Below, in pieces: positions 1-11,953 of a stretch of 45,832 bases of DNA. The stretch is taken from assembly GCF_001949145.1 (NCBI RefSeq), contig NW_019091361.1, forward strand, positions 806,001-851,832, read 5' to 3'. A program made the position numbers and the translations under genes. Within the stretch, counting starts at the first letter, position 1. Every line of letters starts with the position of its first letter. The stretch is from Acanthaster planci. Its lineage: Eukaryota. Below the pieces are notes generated by a model. It made no database searches. It was not told where the DNA came from and was given only the letters and a program-made list of their open reading frames with translations.

Positions 1-109
1 GTTTTGTATCATGACCCACGAGCAGACATTTCTTCAGCTTGCACTCACAGCCAAATTTTTTATGCTTGGGTAAAACAAAACATGAACTAACAGATCAGTG
101 CTGGCAATT

Positions 110-3100
110 TTCTTTTTTTTAAATGTTAACTTTATTGGAAGTTGACACAGATGTGCTCAGAGAAACACTACATATTTGTTTCAACAGCACTAATTATCAA
201 ACTAAATTTATAAAAAAAGTCCTGTAAGTACAAGGCATTTTATGTGATATAAAATTCTGAAATACAACAGCTGTTCAAGGAAAAAATAATCTGGTAAAGG
301 ATGATAACCAGTAATTCATCCAAGAAAAAGGTAAACTGGGTGTAAGAGGATCTCTGACTATTTGACTGAAAAATTCTCATGAATGTTAATCTTGTGGTCA
401 GTTGTTTTTCTGATGTTGCACCTTGATTATGCACTAAGAATATGTTTAATTTAAGGAGAAAATGGAGGTGTTTATTCATGACTTTGAGTAATCTGAACTT
501 TTGTGTAAATGCTGCCATAGAAATGAAAAACATTCAAGTCTTGCCAGTCTTCTCTTTAAAAATTTAGCTTTTTAACAATTAAGCTTGTCTGGATCTCTTA
601 ACAACACTCTTTTTTTAAAAAAAGGAAACAGTCTACGAGCTCTGAATAGGTTCGGCTGATACACCAACCTCAATAACTGGACAGACTGTGATAACTTACA
701 GCCACATTTCTGCCAATTCTTGTTTTCCGAAACTGCACAACGCTAAATTTAAACAAAGTTGTGATTATAATCTTATAGGGCCAGTTTGCATTTTTATTTT
801 TGCCCTATGAAACTTTTGAGGGAAAAAAAATGAGCACATACATGTACAGCATGGAGAAACAAAGATAGTGATGAGTCCACCGTGTCTAGTTAGTCATATA
901 GAAGTCTGTGGTTCTGTAGGAACTTTGCAAATACATTTCCCACTGAAGAAAATATAAATCAGTTCCTCTGAACTTTTGATAGGCGTATCACTGGAATAAG
1001 GTTAGTTACTATACATGTATCAGATTAATTCTATGCCAATCATGATCTCAGTATTTTTAGATCATGTAATTCATCAGCTATCTTGCTTTCTCCATTATGC
1101 ACGCTTCTTGAGGAAGCTACTAGAGACCCTCCAGCCAGCTGGACTATTAGTGATTACCACCTAGGGCAGATATGGGTATCATGGCATGGCCCACTTAATG
1201 CATTCATGTACATGTAATCCTCAATGACACATTTGAGCTAATTGAATGCACAAAAATTGTTTCCTCAAAACCAGTTTCTTTGCTGAATATTGTGACAATG
1301 ATCAACATTACCTACACACTACTTAACAGATTACAAAATCAAGTATCTATAAACTAAATTATACCTGTCAAAATATTTACCACTGATTAAGGATCTCTGC
1401 TTATCTGTATACACAAAGTATAGTAGGCTCTGTTTAAATATATGCAAAGTGTCAATGTACAATTGATTTTACAATTTACATCTCCCTTCCTGAATATGCT
1501 TTCATTTCCTTTTATATAAACATCTGCAGTTGTAGGATTACATGCAAAAATACAAATACTCTGTATTGGTTATTTCCTTTTTACTTTTGTACAAAAATAA
1601 TAAATGATGTGCAAAATATTGGAACTGTTCTGTACACAAGAATGTTATGCTTGTAGTTGTGTCTCCTTAGTTTAGACTTTGCGATTTAAATTGTAAGCGA
1701 AAATTTGGAAATTTCAGGTTTGGTTTATACACAAATTGGATTGTACATGAGCATTGCTGAGGGTGGGATGAATTTCAAGATTTGAACAATGATTCTGCTC
1801 TTAGAATCCATCTCCTTCATTTGTCACACACATCAGTCAAAAAAGAAGAACGTTTATTAAAAGAAACCTGTCGCCAAGCCAGTGATATGCTTAGTTTCTT
1901 GCAAAGGACTGAAAAAAGTCTCTTCAATCAAATCACGGGGGAGGAATCCTCTGCTAATTATTTTGATTTATATTTTTCTTGAAGTCACCTAGTCTTCCTC
2001 TAACCACATATACATTATGACATCATTCTAAAAGGCACCAAGCTGTAAAAATAAGTGTTCGAAACAAACTATCACCACATTCATTCAATTAAGAAAAACA
2101 CAAGTTACAGTCGGCAGTGAAAATGAAACAAATGGAGTGGTGTTCCACCCACTTCAAATGTTTCACACTTGGAAGAAAGGCATAATCAAGCAATTCTTCA
2201 GGGCATCCCGTAGCATGTGGGTTACAGTGTTAACCACTACCTGCCCGTTGGATTTCTCGAGTGGGATGTGATGGCGGGACCTTTTCAAGATTTTCCGTTT
2301 TCAAAATTCTTCAAAAATTCCTGTGTTCATTTACTGGATGTTTACACCCACACAAACAACTTTCTGGTGGCTACTCTTGTCTATTAACCTTCATTGATGC
2401 CTGAGTATTCAGCCCAGGCCTGCAGCCCTGTAAAAGAGAGCCCAGAATTGTTGGGTATTGCATAATTTCCTTTGTTCCCGTGAATTCCAGTAGCCTCTAT
2501 TCATACACAGCTGGATTAGCGAGCAGCATATCGCTTATCGATGTGGCCCTGGAGCACTTTTGTCCATGGTGCTAATCCACGGGCACGCTGTGCCCGAAAC
2601 AGTGGTATACTGTTTCAAAACAGTGCTGGATTAACTTCAAAAAATTAACGCAAAAAATGATGGCAGTACCCAGCAGCAGGTCCTTTGTTCCGAATACAGT
2701 CTTTTTGTTACACAGACCAGCTCTTTTGTCTGAAACCGGGCACCCCAGCTCTGCGTATAAACACACGGTGCCCAAAACCAGACTCCCCAGCAGGAAGTGG
2801 TTAAAACTAACTTCACTCAATATTCCTCAACGTTTGACTTCCAGCCATTATCTTGGCATTCAGCCGAAGAATTTACCACGTTGCCTCTCCAACATTTAAC
2901 ATTTCCCTAAATCCTCCAAAATATTCATCTGCATAAAAAAATCCATGGCACATTTCGTCTACTTTAATGGAAGGCATCAAGCCATCATGTAAAGTAACGA
3001 CAGAAGAGTTCATCCATCAAAATCTGTCACAACCTGGTAGATTTCGAAGGATCTTCACTTCTGTGATTACTGTTTTACAAGAGGACGATCCGATCGCACA

Positions 3101-4120
3101 CATAGTACAGGCATTCTGCAAAAACCTACCTGTCACCCACGAAAGACAATCAGTCACTTCTGTGTGTCAAGGTCAAGGAGGATAAGCTCTCTTTATTTAA
3201 ACTGGAATCCAAATTCTTGGTTTCCTATTTTTGTGACTGAATTACATACTACATGTAGCATCGTGGTTGTGGGGGACTTATATATTTTGAAGGAAAGTTA
3301 CTATGAGGACAAATACATTATGAGGGCAATATTTGCTTCATCCAGAATTTTTGCACATAAAAAAATTGTCCTCTAATTACAAGCCACAAGGGGAGAACCA
3401 CAAGCAGGTGATCAGTAACCGTCTTTCATGATGAGTAAAAGCACAACCACACTACGTTAGTGCAAAGGTCAATGTTCTAGTCAGCTGCAATGTTTGCTAC
3501 TCAGATGTGAACTGATTCTTTGCACACTTACCGTACACAAAAAAAAATCAGCAAGGATTGGAAATTCTGTTTCAGTTGTGTAAAATACATCAGATTATAA
3601 ACGGCACTTCAGTGATGAGATTGGCTCATAACATGTTGCTGCATACACATTTTTCATTTTCTCCACACTGTATTCTATTGGAGGCTACATGGGTTTCATG
3701 AATTAAGGGCAATATCTGACCTCAAATAGCACAAAGTGTTCACAAAGTGTGTAAGCACTCAAAATGAACACGAAAAACAGTACCCAGAAGTAACATTTGG
3801 TCATATTTATATTGAAGGAACATGCCCTCCAGAGCACACTATGGTGTTGTCAAACACAGATCTACATAAATGTTAACATTTTCACACCTTGTGGCCTTTG
3901 GCCCACTTCTACGAGTCACAAGGCAAGGAATTGTGTGAAACTTTTAAGATTTGCTCAGCTACAACAGTTGACAGGTCAGAATATCGAGTAAAGTTTGCCC
4001 AAAGAATGATTCTCCTATGATTTTTTGCAAAGCATGTGCATTGCTGAGCACTATTTGTTGGCTTGGAAATCTGCCCTTGTGAGTGCAGAGCCACAGTGTT
4101 GAAAACTGTGTGACTGAATA
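110..4120 (-). other. Putative long 3'UTR of the minus-strand gene, with AATAAA at 136-131
   Basis: AT-rich, largely T-rich on the minus strand, with no credible ORF. tttatt at 131-136 reads AATAAA on minus and is followed by a GT/T-rich downstream tract. The extent is inferred. Confidence 0.4.
2234..2800. mobile_element. piggyBac-like non-autonomous element (MITE), copy 1
   Basis: TTAA at 2230-2233 and 2801-2804. Imperfect TIRs CCACTACCTGC / GCAGGAAGTGG. The interior is recognisably similar to 4700-5286. Confidence 0.7.
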
Positions 4121-4470
4121 TCACACTTTCTCTTCAAAAGCAATCTGCAGCTCATCCAAATCTCCTGAGTCTTCCGTACTCTTGGAGCCTCCCTGACTAC
4201 TTATGGATGAGCTGTCATCTCCGGCATTCTCCGACGAGCTGAGCGAGGGAGTGGGCATCATACCAGTGAAGTCGGGGATGGTGGAGTGGATAGGAGGGAC
4301 ATGACTGACTGCCTTACTTCCACTTAGCTGGTGGCAGGGGGGTAGGTCTGGCTCATTGTCGTCTTTGCCCTCTTCAGGTTGCATGTAGGGTAGGCTGCCC
4401 ATGGCGATGGAATACCGTGCCATGTTGCCCAGTGACGGCACTAAGGGGGATGTACGAAATGAGGCAAAGC
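4121..4470 (-). CDS. Terminal coding exon of an unidentified minus-strand gene (Ser/acidic low-complexity C-terminal tail ending ...DELQIAFEEKV*)
   Basis: Minus-strand acceptor tttgatctttcctttgtAG at 4472-4471. A phase-1 frame of ~116 codons (GFASFRTSP...EEKV) runs to TGA at 4123-4121. GC content is visibly higher than the flanks. No upstream exon was identified and I do not recognise the protein. Confidence 0.6.
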
Positions 4471-4699
4471 CTACAAAGGAAAGATCAAACATCTTTACTT
4501 TTAAGACCAGCAATGATAATAAACCACTACCAAGTTCCATATGAATGACATATTGAAACTGTGAGCATCTTCCAACATTCACGGCTCATTGTCTGGTTGC
4601 TACTCGTAATCAGCCAATATCAACAAGAACAACTTGTGAGTAAAGCAAGCACCTCTGATTTGAATGACTGTGTGTACCCTTCTATCTGACTTTGGTTAA

Positions 4700-5286
4700 C
4701 CACTTCGTGCCGGTGCATTTTTCAACGATGGGGATGCTGGGTCGGCATGACTATCATTTTTTCCGTTTTCACAATCCTTGAACAATTCATCATTCCATTT
4801 AACAGTCGTTTATAGCCGCACGGAGTAATCTTTAGGCACTCCTCTAAGTTGACAAGTGACCTTCATTGACGCCCGAATATTTCAGCCAGGCCAGCAGCCT
4901 TGTAAACAGAGCCCAGATTGTGTGGTGTTATACAACTGTCTTTTGTTCACGAACCTGGCTCAGTGCAGTGCTGACCTCTTTTCAATAGGGGCCAGATTAG
5001 CATGCAGCGGTGCTGTGTGGCTCATGCTGCGGTGGTGGAACGCTTTTGTCCCCAGTGGTAATCCGCCTGCTCTCAGTGCCCCAAACCCTGGTATACAGTT
5101 TCAAAATAACGCAGGATTATCACCACTTCTGAGAGTGAAAAATGCCGGTAATGCCCAGCAGCCTGGTCTTTTGTTCGGAGTACGGTCTTTTGTGACAGGG
5201 CCCTGTTTCCTTTGTCCGAGTTCGGAGACCCCGGCCACGCATATAAACCATATGGCTCCGATTTCGGAGTCCCCGGCTGGTAGTGG
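4700..5286. mobile_element. piggyBac-like non-autonomous element (MITE), copy 2, same orientation as copy 1
   Basis: TTAA at 4696-4699 and 5287-5290. TIRs CCACTTCGTGCCGG / CCGGCTGGTAGTGG. Shares internal blocks with copy 1, e.g. caggcc.gcagcc.tgtaaa.agagcccaga. Confidence 0.7.
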
Positions 5287-5310
5287 TTAACACTGTGGTT
5301 TTGTTAACAG

Positions 5311-8300
5311 GATGGGAATTCCCAACTGCTGGAACAGAGACTACAGTGTGAAGAGGATGGCTTTGATGACGAAGATGATGATACAAGTCAAGATGGTCCT
5401 GGTAAGCAAAACTCACTTTTCTAATTTCTAGGGGCCAATTTCATAGTGCTGCTTAAGCGAAAAATTTGTTTAAGCGTGAAAAACCTTGCTTGACAAATCA
5501 CATTACCAGCCAAAACTTCTTGTAATGTATATTGTTTTGGAATTGTATTTACCTGTCTTTTGGTTAGCATGACAATCACATAGATTTTGAGCTGTAGCCT
5601 TTGTTTATTAAGCAAGGTTTTTTGTGCTTAAGCAGCTCTATGAAATTGGCCCCTGGCTTGTTGCCAAGGGGGGAGGGGAAGAGGGTAGAGGGGCGAGCCC
5701 CATCCCCCCCCAGCAAGCAGCTGGGCCCCCATCGGCAAAAACCATAAGCATTAAAATTGTCTAGTGTTATGGTGATGATGTGCCCCCCAAGCTGGCACTG
5801 TGGCCCCCATGCTTGAAGCTGGTGATTGGGCTGCATTCCTGAGGCTTGAAAGCGAACTTGAACATGTGAAGATATTGAGGAGACCGTTTGCAAGCTTCTG
5901 TAGAGTGCGTTCACGTTGGAGTAGCTTCCACAGGGCAACAGTGACCTAGGGATACCCATGTGTCAACCCGTTGAAGCTACTTGGATGCCCCCATAGGGAT
6001 TTGAACCTAGTGTACTTGGGTTACCCTGGCAATACTGAAATATGTAGTATGTTTGTGACTTTTACTAATTTTCAAGTAATCTTTTGGCATTCTTTCAAAA
6101 TTTTGTCTTTCTTTTGAAGTTGTGGGCATTTCCTTATCAACTAAACCAAGCAATTTTTGGCCGGGAACAGTTTCTCTTGCATCTCTTCAAATTTACAATG
6201 CACCATTTTTTGCTTTTCCTCTGGTGCTGTGCCAAACAGAAAGAGAACATGATGTCAACAGTAGCCAGGCATGCAGCCACAACCAAACCGCCTCTCTGGC
6301 TGATTGTAACTCCACGTTTGCCGTAGGAAGCTCTCAACATTTGTGTAAATGTAAGTCACCGAGTGCATGCTTCAGCAAACGTCGTCATATTCTATCCTGC
6401 CAGTCGTAATTTTGAATCTCATTGATCTCAAGTCCTTGAAGTAAAGTCAATCACAAGTCATTCAGTCTTACGCCAAGTCACAAGCTATTGAATTCCGTTA
6501 TCATTCATTGCTCACCCGGTTACCGGTCACTGGTCTCATGAAAGGACTTTCAACTGGACTTGTGGAAAGACTTGTGATGGACTGGAGTCTGGACTTCACC
6601 TGCAGCTGACCCATGTTATTTGCAGGGTTTGCTCCGCCAAGTGCTTTTCCTGTTTGTCCAGAGCTTTGCAACCTGCCACAGTGTCACCGCCAAGTCATTT
6701 TTTTGTCGAATCACATTAGCTCACAAGTTCCAAGTCATTTTTCCAAGTTAATCTGATGTCGTAATTGACATGGTACTAGTGCACTTCTCCTAGCATCCTT
6801 CATTAATGATTTTAATTGTGATGTGTAACGGACAGCTTTGACTTGTGTGCTTCATTTTATTCCTCGTAATATGCTGATGTTTCTAATAATGAAATATCAT
6901 CAGTATGATGAAGGCTTACTTCGGCTATTAGAAAGTTAGAATTTAATGCACCTGTTTTTGTCTTGCAGTACTGTTTGCCATGAGCGTGTTCAAATCACTG
7001 GAGAGGTTGCTCAAGTTACTCAGGGCCATGACACCAGCACAGTTTTTCCTCCTCTTGACCGCTTGTTTGTGAGTAGAATTTATTGCCCAAGCTTACAGAC
7101 TGTTTTACTCATGATCACAAGTTTGTGATGGTAACCTTGAAACGTGCTGGATGTATGACATAACTCCAAATCGGACAAGCATTAGTGATGAAAAATTTAC
7201 GGGAGTCACTTCTGTAGGCTATTATGAGCTTAAGTATGGTCTCACAGTCACACTATCACGCTTCCTGTCGTTACTTGCTGCACCAAGTGATTAAATTTAT
7301 CCATCAATGTACCAACTGCCCTCTTTGCAGAATTATTTGCTTGACTGTGTCAGCTGTGATCCTGACCTACCGAATTGCAAGGCTACAGCCTCAACTAGAC
7401 TATAAACCTCAGTCACTGCAATACACACAGACACTCAGCGAGTGAGTAGTCGAACAGAGCTTTGTTAAAAGAATGGTGAATGTCATTTGCTGGAGGTGGC
7501 ATGGTACTCAAAGTTAGAAGGTTGATCTGGCATCAATGTCAACTTTGACTCCAATGGAATTGAATCACATGTTGTCTTTTCTGAAGTCAAGTCCCGAGTT
7601 ATTCAAATAAGCTTTTCACATTCCTTTGTTATTTGGCTTTGTCAATTGGATGTGATCTGACTTGTAATGGACTTAAACGACTTCCTAGAATTACAAACCA
7701 GATGTCAAGTACCAAAGCATGTCTGAAGCCTGTGAAAGATTTACAGGGTTGTTATGTCAGATTCAAATGCTTAACCAAGACACTTGACCATGGCTCAACT
7801 AAATCCAGTTGCCTGGATTCCAATGAAGGAGCAGACACCATTTAGTCTGTGACGGATGATAGAATTTTGCTGTAGGTTTTAGTACCATGGAAGTGTCTAG
7901 ATTCTAGAACCTTCTGAAGTTATGTCTTGAAATTTTCAATTCCAAGCAGGACGCCAGTCTCTCTCAACTGGCCAAATACTAAGACTTCAAATGAGAATGC
8001 GGTTTCCAGGGCACTAGATGTTGATTTTGTTTTGCTGTGAAAAACACTGTTAAGAACATTGTTCTGCCGATGTTACTTGGCAGGTGGAGTAGCTTATGGT
8101 GGTCTCAACAAGCTGCCCACAGCCAGCTTATCTCAAAGATGTGGCAGACAATTGCTGATAACCTCAGGACTCTTGCACGGGTAAGGACTACCGAGGAAAG
8201 ACATGCACATTAGATTCTTTGATCACAACGACATCATCAGCCACTGGTAGGCCCTTTCATAAATGTGCATTGAAGGCCAAGTGTAGGCATGTTGCATGTT

Positions 8301-9788
8301 TGGTTCTTCATTTTTTGGAGGGGGGGCAGAATTGGTCCATCCGTGCCAAACTTTTTAAAGCATAAATCAGTAGAGTACGCAGAATCAACTTTGAAACAAA
8401 TGTGCACAAAACTGTTGCAGACATGTAATCCGTTCAAGTGAGAACGCACTTCATTGTTTAAACTCTTCAAAAATTATCCATCCAGTGATCACTTAACCAC
8501 TAGCTAAACCAACAGTACATGTATGTTTAATCTTCAAAACATCCAGGCTAATAAAAACAACTACATGTACCTCCCCTCGCTCTGGACAATCTCGCATGGA
8601 CAATCTCTGAATGGAACCTTCTATGTGACCCCATCAGAAAATCAGCCCACATTAAATTCCTTCAAAAACCAGAGTAGACAAGATCAATATCAGCCACCCG
8701 TCCACCCATGCACACTTCAAGAGCCTGCACCATGACAACATTATGTAGACACTTTAACTCCACCATAGTCTGTTCATTGTGCTGTAAAAAAATGCATTGG
8801 GAAACGGCATAGGAGGTACTGTTGTCATCTTACATGCGGCTTCGGGGTTGCAATTTTTTGAATGGCAAACACATGTTTTACCCTGTTAAAATTTTTCTCA
8901 AGTTTCTTGCACTACATTGACAACTTTTTTGGTAACAAGCAAGGCCCAAAATATCGTCTTGAAATGATTTATTATTTCATATTTTCTTGAAGTGATTTGA
9001 ATTTCTCTCTTGGTTATAAGAATAACAAAATCATATGCACTGCCCCATTCGTCGATGAGGTTGGCCCTTGGTGCATCTGGTTTGGTGCTGTCCTGCACTC
9101 AGTCTATTTATGAGTTGTTTCCATGAGCCCTGTGTACCAGGCCTGCTCACCAACAGTTTCTAGAGTTCAGACCGTTTGACTGAAGAACGATACAGAACCT
9201 GTCAGTGTGTAAAGGATATGATGTCAATGAAACAGAATACCGACCTGTGTTTGCTGGATGCCCAACAAATCCCCTGAAGCTGAGGCCAGAAACGAAGCCA
9301 TGATCACTGATCCTGTGGCTCCTGTCATGCACACTGGTGAATGTGACCCACGGTATAGACCGATTGCACCCATCACCAAGTCACGTGACCACTATTGGGT
9401 ATTAAATATTAACAAACAAAGCATCCTCGCACAGCTAAGTGTGTCAGGTGTCATTTACCAGAAAGAAAGCCACCGGTCGATAAAAGTACTCAGATTACTG
9501 ATATGCTGAGCACTATACTGACAATTAGCTTTTGTTTTTGGTAAACAACACTTAAAGCACACTTTGCTATGGGGTTGATATCCACTAAAGGTCATGTGAC
9601 TTTACTGCAGACAAGTGGTTTGTTCCACATCCAACTACTGCCATGAGACACCTGTTTCCTTTTTTATTGCTCTTTGCTGATATCAGGTGCATCAGTCGCT
9701 ACAAGTACTCCAGGATTCCGCGCCACCGTTGTTTGATGAAGGGGTGACCTCATCAGCAGGCAGCCAAGACGATTGTGATGACACGTAG
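5311..9788 (+). CDS. GRAMD2: 3' part of a GRAM-domain-containing protein 2 (GRAMD2A/B)-like gene; join(5311..5401,6240..6350,6969..7068,7331..7441,8084..8180,9687..9788), 203 aa, 5' exons not found
   Basis: All six exons have AG acceptors and the first five have GT donors (gtaagc, gtaagt, gtgagt, gtgagt, gtaagg). Phases are compatible (0-1-1-2-2-0), giving a stop-free frame. It encodes an acidic linker, a TM helix FFLLLTACLIICLTVSAVILTYRIARLQPQL, then an amphipathic EWSSLWWSQQAAHSQLISKMWQTIADNLRTLARVHQSLQVLQ, ending TAG at 9786-9788. This matches the GRAMD1/2 C-terminal TM plus luminal helix as I recall it. The GRAM domain itself is not in view. Confidence 0.75.
5431..5653. mobile_element. 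MITE with long TIRs (GGGGCCAATTTCATAG...CTATGAAATTGGCCCC), PIF/Harbinger-like
   Basis: ~30 bp near-perfect terminal inverted repeats. A second, inverted copy lies at 29926-30172. The superfamily call is an inference. Confidence 0.75.
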
Positions 9789-11047
9789 TGGAGTGACCAG
9801 GGTTGGAGATACGATGATGCTTATCATGAGTCAGCAGTATTGTAAAAAACCAAAAAGGTTTGGGTGTTGCAGGATACAAACATCAAAGGATTAACCCTAA
9901 ACTCACGAGGGTGTGTCTAAAATCATATTGAAATTGGAAGATTGAGCCCAGTTTGGGTGAAAGAGCCATTTGCACAATGTAAAATCAGCTCTGAGACTTT
10001 GGGTGTATTGTAAGCCTAAACATTTAGCTTTGTAAATCTGCACATTCCCCATTTGGGTCCGCTGCATCACAGGGCTAAAACTACAGATCATTCCACACAA
10101 GTAAGAAGTATAGTGTGGTTACTTGAAGGATGAAGAGGTGAAACCAAAAACAGAATCAAATTAAAATCAGATATGAAAATAAAAAGTATGAAACATACAA
10201 CTGAGAATCGGATATCTATGGCAAGAATTTATTTTTCTATACAGTTGGAGCAGAGCAAATGTAAAATGCACCGATACCTTTGTTCCGAAAATTCGGAAGA
10301 TCAGAAAACATGTTTTGAAAGCAAGACGGACACACTGAAATCGTGGACCACAGCTCATGTTCATTTGTTTTTCTCAATTTATGTGAAGCCAAGCGGGCTT
10401 GCTTTTGTATGTTTATTTTCCTCTGTGTCATTAATGACGATTTCAGAGAGATGTTTTCAGAGCAAGTAGATATAGCCTTTTTCTGGATCGAGTGTATATT
10501 TTACATTTGTATTTATAGCGTAGAGCAGAAGTATACAACAGAAAAAATTTGCACAGGGTCTTAAACCTAAGGTTATCCCCAAGATGTGCTTTTCAAAATG
10601 CAGTTTTATTTCATTTTAATAAATGTTTATGATGAAGCGGTTTTCCCCAATCCTTGTTCAAAACTATCCAGCAGTTTCTCCACTTCCCCAACCTTTCCTC
10701 ATCAATGGCAACATTTTCAAAAATTTTCCAGCCCCCCCCAAAAAAATACAAGGAAATCGAGATTAATTTCTTCATTTCTTGGACATGGCTCAATATTTTG
10801 GAAATTAGCAACCACGATTTATTAACTAATGACGTCCTTTTTCTTATGACACCACAAAATCTAGTTTAGCGTCACAGGCGACGAAGCACAAAGCTGTTCA
10901 ATCAACCATGTCAGAACTGGTCTTGCACCACATTCACCATGGTCTCTGACAGTTTTCATACCTAAAAAAAGAGAAAAAAGACCAGTATGTCCTTCACCCA
11001 ATTTTTATTCAGTGATTTAACATTTGGATGCTTATGCCTGTCTCGAC

Positions 11048-11680
11048 CTAACCCCATTGTCCTTCGACATGCCCCCCCCCATTCCTTTTAACACAAGATT
11101 CAGCTCCGGTTCTCATCGCTCTCAATGCATTCCTGATTACCTCTCTCCGTCCTCTTAAGGTATCAACTGCAGCGACGATTCTGGCTCGTAGGTCATTGAT
11201 GTCTTGAGGTGGCGACTTGTAAACTTGGTTTTTAAGTTGTCCCCACAAAAAGAAATCAGAGGGGTTGAGGTCAGGGAATCTTGGTGGCCACTCAATCTCA
11301 TGGTTGATCGCAATTACTCTAGTGTTGAACATCTCTTATAGCCTTTCCCTTACGATGATCCGACGATGAGCTGGAGCCCTGTCCAGGGCCTACCATAAGC
11401 GGCGAAACATTCCACCGTGCTGTTCAAAGTGTTGCTATAGCCGCGGTACAATTTTGTCGTTGATAATCTCAAGGTAACATTCACCACTGAGATTGCCATC
11501 AAAGAAACTGTCCAGTGATGGTGCCATCCCCACACAGACCTATCCAAAGAGAAATCTCTCTGTTCATTTTTACATCAAAATTGAAGTTGATTGGGGTATG
11601 CATCGGATCGTATTTTCAGACATTCTGGTTATTGACTTGGCCATTCATGAAAAACGCTGCTTCATCCCAATCACATACTT
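11048..11680 (-). pseudogene. Decayed Tc1/mariner-superfamily transposase, DD41D (rosa/Visitor) type
   Basis: Minus-strand translation across stops and frameshifts gives DEAAFFMNGQVNNQNV..., SLWIGLCGDG..., LW*ALDRAPAH... and EWPPRFPDLNPSDFFLWGQLKNQVY. There are 41 positions between the second and third catalytic Asp. Confidence 0.85.
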
Positions 11681-11688
11681 GCGTACTT

Positions 11689-11953
11689 GGGTGGGACTAG
11701 AACCCACAACTTCCTGCTTAGTGCAGACGTCTTAACTACTCGACCACCGAGCCTGTAGATATTGGCTGGCTGGTTCAAGTCAGATGTAGCAGTGGGTACC
11801 GCGAACAACTATTTCCAAGGATGGATTTGCGCCAGGGAGATCTTAGTTAATTGAGTGACTGAGTATACAGTGTTATAATACACGTCGAGCAGGGCAAAAA
11901 AATCCAAAACTCTAAAAAAGTTTAACATCTCCCCGGTGTGAATCCATCCTTGG
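11689..11953 (-). repeat. tRNA-derived repeat head (Pol III A/B boxes) with an adjacent 27-bp inverted repeat
   Basis: Minus strand: A box TGGTCGAGTAG, B box GGTTCTAGTCC (11704-11694). No full cloverleaf. Inverted repeat 11815-11841 / 11927-11953. Confidence 0.6.

Noticed and set aside
4856..5290. 144-aa plus ORF, and the ORFs at 2572-2899
   Set aside because: They lie within or mostly within the TTAA MITEs, are not conserved between the two copies and have no transposase motifs.
6400..9330. Decayed hAT transposase on the minus strand (caagtc repeats near 6420-6750; faint WN, QLV and RGFVG motifs)
   Set aside because: The motifs are too degenerate, and several fall on DNA better explained by the in-frame plus-strand GRAMD2-like exons. 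The caagtc cluster may still be a small MITE relic.
8571..10962. Possible upstream minus-strand exons (8571-8606, 9150-9197, and one starting at 10961)
   Set aside because: Weak splice sites, incompatible phase or in-frame stops. None links convincingly to the 4470 acceptor.
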